Assembly: GCA_039586095.1 (NCBI GenBank)
Contig: JBDHLB010000009.1
Coordinates: 2,160 to 66,159, forward strand
Length of the DNA stretch: 64,000 nucleotides
Source: Gemmatimonadota bacterium
GTDB taxonomy: Bacteria; Gemmatimonadota; Gemmatimonadetes; Palauibacterales; Palauibacteraceae
Reading direction: 5' to 3'
Shown: piece by piece, positions 53,913-62,930 of the stretch
Layout of the letters: every line of letters starts with the position of its first letter
How positions within the stretch are numbered: the stretch's first letter is position 1
Translations under genes and position numbers: made by a program
Notes under the pieces: model-generated
Databases searched by the model: none
What the model was told of the DNA's origin: nothing
Seen by the model: the letters and a program-made list of their open reading frames with translations, nothing else

Positions 53913-55798
53913 TCGTCCGTCGAGCGCGACCTGTGCACGTACTCGCGCGCCTCCACGTATGTCTCGTGCACGAGCTTTCTCCACTGTTCCAGCGTGGCCA
54001 GGTAGCCGATGGTTCGCATGTCAGCGGGCTCAGGGCTGATCCTCCCCCCCAGCAGATTCTGGATGAAATGTCTTTGCAGCAGTCTTCGACTGACGCTGCC
54101 CTCCTCAGTGAACCAATCCCGCAGTGGCCCGCTTACCGTCCGCAGCAGGACTTGCCGCCGCACGGCATCGTGGGTGACGGGGGAGCCGCCTGAGCGCTCG
54201 GCCCGAACCGAGTCGACGAGGCGCGTGACCAGCGACAGCGCACGGGCGGATATACGGGCAGAGAATCCCCAGGATCTCGGGTCGGCGTATGCGGCCAGCG
54301 GAAGCACGTACTTGTGGTTGACAGGAAGCCACAGACTCTTCGGGGCGTATCGCCGGAGGATTGTCTTGTGCAGGGCCATCTCGTCCCCGATCGGCGCCGG
54401 CAGGGTGTACGCGAGCCGGGTGACCTGGGGGCTTTCGAAGGGCGCATGTACCGGTTCCAGCCAGCTCAACCCGACGGCGCCTCGAAACCGCGACCGTTCC
54501 CTCAGGTTGACGTAATCGAGGAGATCGCCGAGCAGCCTCGACCGTTCGGCGGCCTGCCTGACAGAGTCTTCGACGCGGGCGATAAGTCCGTCAGTCAGTC
54601 TCGCTTCGGTCCAGGGAAGCAACCGGACCCAGCGGTCAACGAGGAGGTCGCGAGCGGTCTCCGCTGACGTCGTCCGAAGGGCATCGCGGTCCAAGCCACA
54701 ATACGTGTAGCCTCTGAACGCTTCGCCGTGAGTACCGGAGAGCGTGGCACGTCTTCCTTTCGCACTGGGTAGCCTGTCAGCAGCTCGCTTGCCGTCTGCC
54801 ATACCGTTGGTGCCATATGAACGCAGTCGAAGGTGCATTCCGAAATCGTCGCTATCCGTTTCGGGCTCGACCCGTTTATGGGACAGCCCGTACCAGCCTG
54901 CGAGCTGGCGGCCGATTCGGACGTCGGGACTGTAGCGGCGCCCGGCCGTCGTGGCGATCAGCGTCTCGGGGGCGGCCACGGATAGGGCGAGCGCGAGTAC
55001 TGTGCGTGAATCGAGACCAGCGGTCAGGTCCAGCTCGACTCGTGGGTGGTGGCGACAAAAGGTGGCGATCTGAGCCCGCAGGATCTCTATGATCTCATCT
55101 CGTTGCGCTCTGACCGCACCTCGATCTGCCAGCTCGAGTCTCTCCCGCGGATCGAAGAGGCGCACTCCCTGTCGGGCTGCGATCTGCCCCTGTTGCCATT
55201 TCAAGACCCTCGCGGGGTCACAGCACTTGATCCCTTGTACGAGACTCCGCCCACCCAGCGAAAAATCCATCGAGAGGACCGATGCCGCGCTCAGCAGGTC
55301 GAGCTCCGGCTCGAGCAGTCCGCTTCCGATGATCGGCAGATCGTGGCTGGACACCACGAGTGCGTTTGGGAGGGTGAGGTATCGGAGGGGTCTTCGTCCG
55401 AGGAGATCGCCGATGATGTAGACGGCCTCCTCCTCCTTGGCAACGACCACGGCGCCGAAGTTACCGTCCAGCTCTTGTATCGAGTCCGGGCCGCCGCTTC
55501 TCCACGCCTCCGCGCACGCGCCGGCCGTCGATCTTCCAGGAACGCTCTGGCCGATCAGCACGCCGAACGCCAGTACGGCCAGGTCGCCCTCGATGTGCTG
55601 AGAGATCAGTTGGCTCAGCTGGCCGGTCGACGGCTGCAGACAGTACCAGCCACCACTCGGTCTCGTGCAATTCCACTGGTGACGGGCATACGAAACGTCG
55701 AGACGCGGCAACACGGTCGTGATGGCGTGCAGCGAGGTCTCGATCGGGACGGACCCCAATTGTGGTTCGTGTTCGAAGAAGGCCATGAACGCGTGCAA
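53909..55798 (-). CDS. Asparagine-synthetase-B-like ATP-dependent amide-forming enzyme lacking the N-terminal Cys nucleophile
   Basis: The central PP-loop-like segment VELDLTAGLDSRTVLAL corresponds to the SGGLDS motif of the AsnB synthetase domain. The N-terminus is MHAFMAFFEHEP rather than the MCG of glutamine-hydrolysing AsnB. Confidence 0.7.
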   Translation of the reverse strand: MHAFMAFFEHEPQLGSVPIETSLHAITTVLPRLDVSYARHQWNCTRPSGGWYCLQPSTGQLSQLISQHIEGDLAVLAFGVLIGQSVPGRSTAGACAEAWRSGGPDSIQELDGNFGAVVVAKEEEAVYIIGDLLGRRPLRYLTLPNALVVSSHDLPIIGSGLLEPELDLLSAASVLSMDFSLGGRSLVQGIKCCDPARVLKWQQGQIAARQGVRLFDPRERLELADRGAVRAQRDEIIEILRAQIATFCRHHPRVELDLTAGLDSRTVLALALSVAAPETLIATTAGRRYSPDVRIGRQLAGWYGLSHKRVEPETDSDDFGMHLRLRSYGTNGMADGKRAADRLPSAKGRRATLSGTHGEAFRGYTYCGLDRDALRTTSAETARDLLVDRWVRLLPWTEARLTDGLIARVEDSVRQAAERSRLLGDLLDYVNLRERSRFRGAVGLSWLEPVHAPFESPQVTRLAYTLPAPIGDEMALHKTILRRYAPKSLWLPVNHKYVLPLAAYADPRSWGFSARISARALSLVTRLVDSVRAERSGGSPVTHDAVRRQVLLRTVSGPLRDWFTEEGSVSRRLLQRHFIQNLLGGRISPEPADMRTIGYLATLEQWRKLVHETYVEAREYVHRSRSTDE

Positions 55799-56067
55799 AG
55801 CCGCTACCCCGTCCTGTTGTGCACACTCTGTGCGTCAAACCACACGCGACTCGCGGGAACTATCATTCTTCGCCAACCTGTGGCAACGTTGCTTGCTCGC
55901 ACTGGCCTCTGCCCGGCAATCGGAGGAGGCCGATAAAGAAGGGTCCTGTCAGATGAAACTGCAAGATAGGTACGAGGGGTGGTTGTGCGGGCTTCGAAGG
56001 GGTGGCGTGGCAGCGTCGCAACACAAACGAGCCTCGTGACGGGCAAAGGAACCATGGTACGTTGTCC

Positions 56068-57135
56068 ATGAGGTCGGATCTTTACCTTCCGTTCGTCGTC
56101 GGTCTCACGAAACGGGACTCCCGGGCGGTGAGCCGTCTCGTGTCGACCGCCGATTACGAGCCCGCTGGTCTCCTGGCGTTCGCCTATCGGAACGGCATTC
56201 CCGGCTATCTCTACGTGCTGCTCCGAGAAATGGAGCAGCTGGGGGCATTCCCCGACACGATGGTCGAGGAGTTGTACGGCTTCTACAGGGAGCGACAGCT
56301 GCCGACCTGTCGCCTGCTGACCGACGAGCTCGTCGAGGTCCGCGAGCGCTTGGAGTCGGCGGGCGTCGAGATCGTATACATCAAGGGGCCGTGTCTCGCT
56401 CAGCGCTTCTACGGTGATCCGAACGCACGGCTGTTTTGGGACAACGACCTCTTGGTGCGCGGGCGGAGTGGTGTGGAGCGGTGCGATGACGCGCTCCGTC
56501 AGTTCGGCTATCGGCGGAAGTCCAGTTTGCTGCCGGGCTACAAGCTGTCCATGCATTTCGCCCACGATTTCGAGTATGAGCGAGAGTGGAGGAGGTTGGA
56601 CCTCCACTGGCGACTTGCAGCCCATTACTCGTTCCGGGTCGATGAGGAACGCATGTGGTCGTCTCGCGAAACGCTGCTCCTGCGAGACCGGCCCTTCACG
56701 GTTCTTTCGGCGGAGTACGTTCTCGTGCTACTGCTGCTGGCTCTCTTCAACGACGGTCAGCGCGGCAAGCTCCGCGCAAAGGGAATGATCGACACGTACA
56801 TGGTTCTTGCATCTGTCCACGAGAAGTTGGATTGGGCGGGCTTCTTTGCCCGCCGCGAAGAGGAAAGGATCCTGAAGATCAGCTGTACGATGCTGAATCT
56901 GGTCCTGCATGCGTTCGACAGTCGGACCGAGTTTCCCGAGCTGACGAACCGACTCGATGCCCAGGCCGAACAGATCGGGCCGAGCGACCGCGAACACGCC
57001 TTGTGGCTTCTCGAACGATCGCACGGGTCGCTCGACAACAAGTTCTGGACCTTCCGATTGTACGATTCGAGCCTCTGGAAGGTGTTGCTCTGGTACGTGG
57101 CCTCACAGCCCATCAAGCAGGCGGTGTACCGGTGA
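56068..57135 (+). CDS. Uncharacterised nucleotidyltransferase family protein (NTP_transf_5-like)
   Basis: Family-like pattern: YIKGPCLAQRFYGDPNARLFWDNDLLVRGRSGVERCDDALRQFGY...LDLHWRL. The start is ATG 56068 or GTG 56002. Confidence 0.65.
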   Translation: MRSDLYLPFVVGLTKRDSRAVSRLVSTADYEPAGLLAFAYRNGIPGYLYVLLREMEQLGAFPDTMVEELYGFYRERQLPTCRLLTDELVEVRERLESAGVEIVYIKGPCLAQRFYGDPNARLFWDNDLLVRGRSGVERCDDALRQFGYRRKSSLLPGYKLSMHFAHDFEYEREWRRLDLHWRLAAHYSFRVDEERMWSSRETLLLRDRPFTVLSAEYVLVLLLLALFNDGQRGKLRAKGMIDTYMVLASVHEKLDWAGFFARREEERILKISCTMLNLVLHAFDSRTEFPELTNRLDAQAEQIGPSDREHALWLLERSHGSLDNKFWTFRLYDSSLWKVLLWYVASQPIKQAVYR

Positions 57136-59030
57136 AACGTTCTGGCCGCCGCAAGCAGGTCGACACACGCGCGGGGAGCGAGTGGACTCGAACCACCGAT
57201 CATGCCACCGCCTACTCGGACAAGCTCAAGTCGATCATTCCCACGGGGCGCTGGGCCCTGCGCCTGATCTACGCCACCAGCCCGTCCCTGCTTCTGGGGC
57301 TCGTCGCGCTGGTGTTCGTGCTGGGGCTGCTGCCGGCCGGCCTCGCCCTCACCGTGCGCGGCCTCGTGAACGCCGCGGTCGAAGTGCTCGACAATCCCGC
57401 TGTCGGTTTCAGCCCGATCCAGTTCTGGCTTCTGCTCGCCCTCCTCCTGTCCATCCTGGAGGCTGTCGGATTCAGCCTCGACACGTTCTTCAAGAAGCGT
57501 CTGGTCGATGAGCTGAACCTCAGGGTCAACAGCGATATCCTCAGTCATTCGTCCCGGCTCGATGTGGCTTTCTTCGAGGACCCGAGGGAACGGGACCTGA
57601 TCGCGCGGACCCGGCAGGACTCGGCCGGGCAGCTGGTCCGCTTCGTCACGGAGCTGCTTCGCGCCGCGACGAACCTGTTTCGTGCCGCTTCGCTGGTGAG
57701 CGTGCTCGCCTACATCGAGCCGCTGGTCCTGCTGGTGGTCCCCCCGTTTGCGATTCCGTTCCTTGCCTTCCAGTGGAAGCTGGCCCGAGAACGGTATGCG
57801 GAGCAGCACAGCCGGACGACAAAGCGGCGCTGGACGAGCTACTTCGTCAGCCTGATGACAGGTACCACGTCGGTGGGAGAGGTGAAGCTGTTGGGCATCG
57901 GGCCGCTGCTCATCAGAAGGTATCGGGAGCTCATGGAGGAGTTCCGCGTCCGCGATCGCCGCCTTCACCGGCGCAGTATGATCGGCGGCTCCGTGGCCGC
58001 CATCCTGGTGATTGTCGCCGTGTTCGCGATCTTCGTGCGCGTTGCCTACCGCGCCGTCCAGGGAGGGGCGAGCCTCGGGGATCTCGCCGTGTTCGCGGGC
58101 GCGACGGCCAGACTTCGGATCTCGCTCGACAACGCCATCGTCGCCGTGACCGTTGCTGCCGAGCAGGTCCTCTTCATCGCGAACCTCGAGAAGTTCCTGC
58201 AGGTCGAGCCACACGTCGCCAGAACAGGAGAGCGGGTGCCTCCGCTCGACCGAGGGGCAATCGAGCTCCGCGACGTCACGTTCGCCTACCCGGGCTCGAA
58301 GGATCCGGTGCTGCAGAACCTGTCCCTGGAGATCCGGCCAGGAGAGACACTGGCGATCGTGGGTGAGAACGGCGCCGGCAAATCGACGCTCGTCAAGCTT
58401 CTGGCCCGCTTCTACGATCCCGACGAGGGGCAGGTGCTGTTCGACGGAGTCGATCTCAAGGAAGTGTCCGTGGAGCACCTGCACCGTAGAATGGGGCTGG
58501 TCCTTCAGACGTTCGGCCGGTACGAGACCACCGTCGCGGAGAACATCGCATACGGCAATCTGGAGGATTTGCTGGAGGATCCCGCCCGGATCGAAGAACT
58601 GGCTCGTGCCGTGGGACTGGATCAGAAGATCGAGTCACTGGACGAGGGCTACGAGACGCACCTGGGCCGGATGTTCGGTACCGTGAACCTCTCCGGGGGT
58701 CAGTGGCAGAAGATCGCCGCGGCTCGGGCGCTGGCCCGGAACGCTTCGCTGCTCGTTCTCGACGAACCCACGTCGAATCTGGATGCGCGGGGAGAGCACG
58801 AGCTGTTCACTCGCTTCCGCGATATGGCCGCAGACAGAACGACTATCCTCATCTCGCACCGGTTCACCACGCTCAGCATGGCGGATCGGATCGCCGTCAT
58901 GGCGAACGGGCGGATCGTCGAGCTGGGCACGCACGAAGCGCTGTGCGCTCAGGGAGGCGTCTACGCCACGCTGTACGGTTTCTACGAGCAGCTCCTGCCC
59001 GAACACCGGCTGCTGGGTCAGAGCTCCTGA
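57132..59030 (+). CDS. ABC exporter, fused permease + ATPase (type I exporter fold)
   Basis: Six-TM N-terminal half, followed by Walker A GENGAGKST, signature LSGGQWQKIAAARAL, Walker B LLVLDEPTSNLD and H-loop ILISHR. I start it at GTG 57132, which forms a GTGA overlap with the upstream stop. The track ORF 56655..59030 extends 5' inside the upstream gene. Confidence 0.85.
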   Translation: MKRSGRRKQVDTRAGSEWTRTTDHATAYSDKLKSIIPTGRWALRLIYATSPSLLLGLVALVFVLGLLPAGLALTVRGLVNAAVEVLDNPAVGFSPIQFWLLLALLLSILEAVGFSLDTFFKKRLVDELNLRVNSDILSHSSRLDVAFFEDPRERDLIARTRQDSAGQLVRFVTELLRAATNLFRAASLVSVLAYIEPLVLLVVPPFAIPFLAFQWKLARERYAEQHSRTTKRRWTSYFVSLMTGTTSVGEVKLLGIGPLLIRRYRELMEEFRVRDRRLHRRSMIGGSVAAILVIVAVFAIFVRVAYRAVQGGASLGDLAVFAGATARLRISLDNAIVAVTVAAEQVLFIANLEKFLQVEPHVARTGERVPPLDRGAIELRDVTFAYPGSKDPVLQNLSLEIRPGETLAIVGENGAGKSTLVKLLARFYDPDEGQVLFDGVDLKEVSVEHLHRRMGLVLQTFGRYETTVAENIAYGNLEDLLEDPARIEELARAVGLDQKIESLDEGYETHLGRMFGTVNLSGGQWQKIAAARALARNASLLVLDEPTSNLDARGEHELFTRFRDMAADRTTILISHRFTTLSMADRIAVMANGRIVELGTHEALCAQGGVYATLYGFYEQLLPEHRLLGQSS

Positions 59031-60520
59031 CGCTGGACCTTGCCAGCGGCGCTGGTCGGCAGCTGTTCGCGAAATTCTATGACGCTCGGGACCTTGTAGT
59101 CCGCCAATCGATCGCGGCAGAGGGCGATCAACTCGTCTCGGCTGCACTCGCCTTTGGGCACCACGACGGCTCGCACCCGCTGATCTCCGTACGGCGTGTC
59201 CACGCCCGCGACGACCGCCTGCCCGACAGCGGGGTGACGCTCGAGGACCTGCTCGACTTCATAGGGATTGACCTTGTAGCCCCCGCAGTTGATGAAGAGC
59301 GACTTCCGCCCGATCAGGCAGATGTTGCCGTTTGCGTCCTTACGTCCGACGTCTCCGGGAAAGAAGAAGCCCCCCTGGAAAGCCTTGGCCGTCGCCTCGG
59401 GAAGGCCAGGGTACAAAGTCGTCGCCGCAGGGCTGCGGATCCCGATGTCGCCTTCCTCTCCCGGTACCGCCGGTGTGCCATCCTCGCCGAAGATCTCTAC
59501 CTCCACGCCCTCGATCGGGAGTCCTACCGACTCCAGTGACTCCCGCGGGTCGTCTGCCAGATTGAGAGCGATGGTCCCCGTCTCGCTCGAACCATAGAGC
59601 TGGCGCACGAACAGTCCATATCGATCGTTGAAGGCGACGCTGGCCGCCTGCGGAAGCGGGGCGCTCGAGCTGAAGCAGTGGCGCAGCGAAGAGAAATCGA
59701 CTGGCTCTGGCCACCGGCTCTCCGCCAGCACCTGAAACATGAACGGGACGCCGATGAAGATGTTGATCCGATGCTCCTCGATGGCGCGCGCCACGGACCG
59801 TCGCTCGTACCTGGGAAGTGGCACGAGCGTCGCCCCGGAGACCATCGACGCCAGCATGCTGCGCGTGAGGCCGTTCACGTGGGAAAACGGCGCCACGCCG
59901 ATCACGCGGACCTCCGGCGAAAAGCCGAGTGCCTTTGTAAGCCGATCCGTCTCGTACAACAGGTTGAAGTGCGTCCGAACGATTCGCTTCGGCTTCCCGG
60001 TACTGCCCGAAGAGTAGAGGTAGAGGACGGGGTCATCCGATGTCGCCGCCGCCTCCGACCAAGGTATCGCCTTTCCCTCGCCTTCACCCGAGGCATCCGG
60101 AGCATCGTCGTCGTCCACCTCGAACACGGCCTCGCGGTCCTCACCGCGGGCCGTCAGGAGTGCGGCCGTGCAGCGCTCGTGAAGATCCGCGTCCGTGATG
60201 AAGAACTCGACGCCCGCGTCGCCCAGCAACGACGCCATTTCCGTTTCGGTGAGCACCGGGTTGATCGGCACCACGACGCCTCCTGCGTGCGCGGTGGCGA
60301 AGAACGCCCGGATGAACGCCGGACCGTTGGGCAGGGCGATCGCGACCCTGGTCCCGGAGCCCGCGCCCGATTCGCGCAACCTGTTGGCCAGTTGAGCCAC
60401 GCCGCGTGCGAGCTCGCCGTACGTGATCGCATTCGACTTCCAGAGAATCGCCGGGTGCTGCGGATTCGCTTCCGCCGCAAGCCGGAAACGGTCGCCCAGG
60501 GTATTCGCGCTAGAACGCAT
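59018..60520 (-). CDS. AMP-dependent synthetase/ligase (acyl- or aminoacyl-carrier-protein ligase type)
   Basis: Adenylation motifs YLYSSGSTGKPKRIV, YGSSETG, GDVGRKDANGNICLIGRKS and GYKVNPYEVE, with a C-terminal GKVQR. It converges on the ABC exporter with a 13-nt overlap. Confidence 0.85.
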   Translation of the reverse strand: MRSSANTLGDRFRLAAEANPQHPAILWKSNAITYGELARGVAQLANRLRESGAGSGTRVAIALPNGPAFIRAFFATAHAGGVVVPINPVLTETEMASLLGDAGVEFFITDADLHERCTAALLTARGEDREAVFEVDDDDAPDASGEGEGKAIPWSEAAATSDDPVLYLYSSGSTGKPKRIVRTHFNLLYETDRLTKALGFSPEVRVIGVAPFSHVNGLTRSMLASMVSGATLVPLPRYERRSVARAIEEHRINIFIGVPFMFQVLAESRWPEPVDFSSLRHCFSSSAPLPQAASVAFNDRYGLFVRQLYGSSETGTIALNLADDPRESLESVGLPIEGVEVEIFGEDGTPAVPGEEGDIGIRSPAATTLYPGLPEATAKAFQGGFFFPGDVGRKDANGNICLIGRKSLFINCGGYKVNPYEVEQVLERHPAVGQAVVAGVDTPYGDQRVRAVVVPKGECSRDELIALCRDRLADYKVPSVIEFREQLPTSAAGKVQRQEL

Positions 60521-60824
60521 GCGATTCTCCCGTGGCAGCCACCGCCTCGATCTTGCGGCGCACCGCCTCCACGAGGGACCCGAAGCTCTCGAGGCTCTCG
60601 GCGAACTCCTCTGCCTCGAGAAACAGGTCGAACTCGTTCTCGATCCGTATCATCAGACTCACCGTGTCGAGGGAGCTGAGCCCGATCCCCTGACCCACGA
60701 TCGGCGTGTCCCGCTCGATCTCCTTCCACGACACGGCACCGCCCGTCTGCTCAGCCATGAGTTTTCTGAGCCGCTTCTCCAGATCCACAGGTCCGCCGCC
60801 TTCGTGCGGTACCGAATTGCTCAT
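60510..60824 (-). CDS. Acyl/peptidyl carrier protein
   Basis: 104 aa. The phosphopantetheine-attachment-like site is GQGIGLSSLDTVSLMIRIENEF. The start forms an ATGA overlap with the upstream stop (60821-60824), and its 3' end overlaps the ligase start by 11 nt. Confidence 0.75.
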   Translation of the reverse strand: MSNSVPHEGGGPVDLEKRLRKLMAEQTGGAVSWKEIERDTPIVGQGIGLSSLDTVSLMIRIENEFDLFLEAEEFAESLESFGSLVEAVRRKIEAVAATGESHAF

Positions 60825-61615
60825 GGGCTGTTTACAGACCGAGGGTCGACTTCTTTTCTGCGAAAGAAGCGAAGCTCGCCCTCCCTGTAGCACCGGTGAT
60901 GACGAGCGATGTAGGCCCTCACCGGGATCAGTTCCATCTCGGCGATTCCAGCCGCGACGTGTATCGTTGCGCCCTCGTCCCGGAGCCTCTTCAGCACGAT
61001 CTCCCTATTGCAGGTGATCTCAGGGTTGTGTCCGCGCGTCTCCATCCAGCGCTCATTCCCGTGCTCGTCGACGAGGAGCACGCGGACGTGACGTTTCGAG
61101 TACACATCGTGCTCCAGCGAGTCCTGCAGCAGGTGGTCCGCCAGGTGTCGGAACGTCATGAGACGTACGCCCAGGTTGAGAACCAGAGCCTCGCCCGCGT
61201 GCATGCGTTGAAAGGGCGAGTTCTCGTCGAACGGGGTGGGGCAGAGCTCGTGACCTTCCGTGAGCTCGGTGGCGCGAGCACCACGGGCGGCCACAGCGTG
61301 CGTGGCGTGCAGGCTTCTCCGAGTACCGGGCATGCGACGTAACAGCTCGGTCAGGAGTCCGGTCTGTGAGGGTGTGCGGTGCCAATCGAAACTCGGGCTA
61401 CTCGCCAGGTACACGGCCGACCGGCCCCGCATCGGATAGGTGGGCATGACCAGCGTGCCGCCCTCGCCGACGGCACCGCACAGGGCGTCGAGAAGCTGCA
61501 TGGGCGATTCTGCGACTGACGCCATCTTGCTCCATGAGCTGTGAACGAAGATGATCCGGTCCCTGAGCGGCAAGCGGTCCAATGCCTCGGAGAACAGGTC
61601 GGGACGACCGCTCAT
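60821..61615 (-). CDS. AAC(3)-family (Antibiotic_NAT fold) N-acyltransferase
   Basis: IIFVHSSWSKMASVAESPMQLLDALCGAVGEGGTLVMPTY...RTPSQTGLLTELLRRMPGTRRSLHATHAVAARG matches the aminoglycoside-3-N-acetyltransferase fold pattern. The start overlaps the upstream stop by 4 nt. Confidence 0.75.
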   Translation of the reverse strand: MSGRPDLFSEALDRLPLRDRIIFVHSSWSKMASVAESPMQLLDALCGAVGEGGTLVMPTYPMRGRSAVYLASSPSFDWHRTPSQTGLLTELLRRMPGTRRSLHATHAVAARGARATELTEGHELCPTPFDENSPFQRMHAGEALVLNLGVRLMTFRHLADHLLQDSLEHDVYSKRHVRVLLVDEHGNERWMETRGHNPEITCNREIVLKRLRDEGATIHVAAGIAEMELIPVRAYIARHHRCYREGELRFFRRKEVDPRSVNSP

Positions 61616-62805
61616 TGCGCCTCGGAGGCGCGGTCAGCTTCCGCTATTGGCGCGGCGCGGTCGAGGGCCACGCTGGCTCTCTTCTCCCGGACCGCCCGTG
61701 CTTCCCGGGCCTGTACCTCCATGACGTTCGCGTCCACCGCGAACTTGCACGCCCAGTTGGGCAGCCTGTTCGGCATGTAATCGCCGTCGATTGGCCACGA
61801 CCCGGCGACGCCGCCTCTCACACCGGGCGATCCCTCGAGCATGATCGTCCGCCGTACGTATCGGTTCGCCAGGAGCGCGGCATCCCGGTATTTCGAGTCG
61901 CCCGTGAAGTCATACAGCATGAACCAGCAGCAGGCGATCTGTGCCGTGCCCGTCAGGCAAGCCGAGTGAGCCGCCGCTCGCCAGGTCCGGTCCAGGCGAC
62001 CCGGTATGAAACCATCAGCGTCCATGACGCGAATCAGCGCATCGGCCGTTCGTCGCGCCGCTCTCAAGTACGCTTCCTCGGGCCGAAACCGATGGCCCTC
62101 CAGCACACCCCGCAAGGCATAAGCGATCGTGTGCGTCACCGGTCGCTCGAACGTCCGCAGGTCGCACGCTTCGAACCAGCCGTTCTCGAGCTGAAGGCCC
62201 AGCGCCCAGTCGATGTTCGCCCGGGCCGCTTCGGCGTATCCACGGTCCGGGTCGATGCGAGCCGCCTCGAACAGGCCCCAGCAAGTCTGAATTTCGTATG
62301 TCTTCGCCCCGGGCGCCGTAAACGCCGACGGATTCACCGACCATGCGCCATCGTCATCCTGCGTGTCGACGAGCCAATCCGCGGCCCGCCGCATCGACTG
62401 TCGGTAACGCGATCCCCACTCCTTCACGCCGGCCGCGAGACCGATGAGAATCTGCCCGGTATTGAAGGTGACAGGCACGACGGGCACGACCCCCATCCGA
62501 CCGCCTCGAAACGCCCCGCTCTCGAACTGGATCGAAACCAGCCAATCGAGCATACGACGCACTCGGTCACGCAACCCGCCGTCGCCCTTCCGGAGAGCGT
62601 GGTCGAGCAGGGTCGGAGCGATGTAGCCCGTCGTTTCCGGGTACGATGTGGACCACCCGTCCTCGCGGTGGAAGAAGCTCGCCACGCCCCCGTCGCCCGT
62701 CGCCGAGAAATCCTGGGCGCGGCACAGCCAGCTGATCCCTTCCTCGACGACCCGTCGAGCGCCCGGGTCGGAGGTGGGTGGCCTCGTCGTCTCAGATCCG
62801 TACAA
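61612..62805 (-). CDS. Terpenoid-cyclase/prenyltransferase-like alpha/alpha-barrel repeat protein
   Basis: QW-like units recur: WLVSIQFESGAFRGG, WLVDTQDDDGAWS and WALGLQLENGWFE. YPETTGYIAPTLL is also present. It has no LanC Zn-ligand motifs. The assignment is at fold level only. Confidence 0.6.
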   Translation of the reverse strand: MYGSETTRPPTSDPGARRVVEEGISWLCRAQDFSATGDGGVASFFHREDGWSTSYPETTGYIAPTLLDHALRKGDGGLRDRVRRMLDWLVSIQFESGAFRGGRMGVVPVVPVTFNTGQILIGLAAGVKEWGSRYRQSMRRAADWLVDTQDDDGAWSVNPSAFTAPGAKTYEIQTCWGLFEAARIDPDRGYAEAARANIDWALGLQLENGWFEACDLRTFERPVTHTIAYALRGVLEGHRFRPEEAYLRAARRTADALIRVMDADGFIPGRLDRTWRAAAHSACLTGTAQIACCWFMLYDFTGDSKYRDAALLANRYVRRTIMLEGSPGVRGGVAGSWPIDGDYMPNRLPNWACKFAVDANVMEVQAREARAVREKRASVALDRAAPIAEADRASEAQ

Positions 62806-62930
62806 TGTCTCTCCATCGTTTGCCAGAATCGTTCGTTTCCGGTCCAGAATCTGCGTTGGCCTGCTTCAGATGCCGCCGCTTCGTCATTGGCTGGCCTGGA
62901 TCCGGTCCCGAGGTCAGGAAAGCACATTCT

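Noticed and set aside
55953-56039. 28-codon sORF (MKLQDRYEGWLCGLRRGGVAASQHKRAS) in the divergent region between the AsnB-like and NTP_transf_5-like genes, considered as a lasso/RiPP precursor
   Set aside because: It has no Thr at the penultimate leader position. After any candidate Gly/Cys/Ser/Ala core start there is no Asp or Glu 7-9 residues on to form a macrolactam. The RBS is only weak, and no B-protein or RRE gene is nearby. If the NTP_transf_5 gene starts at GTG 56002, the sORF also overlaps it.
55804-56625. 273-aa minus-strand ORF opposite the NTP_transf_5-like gene
   Set aside because: It is antisense to a gene with a recognisable family pattern, has no motif of its own and has shadow-ORF composition.
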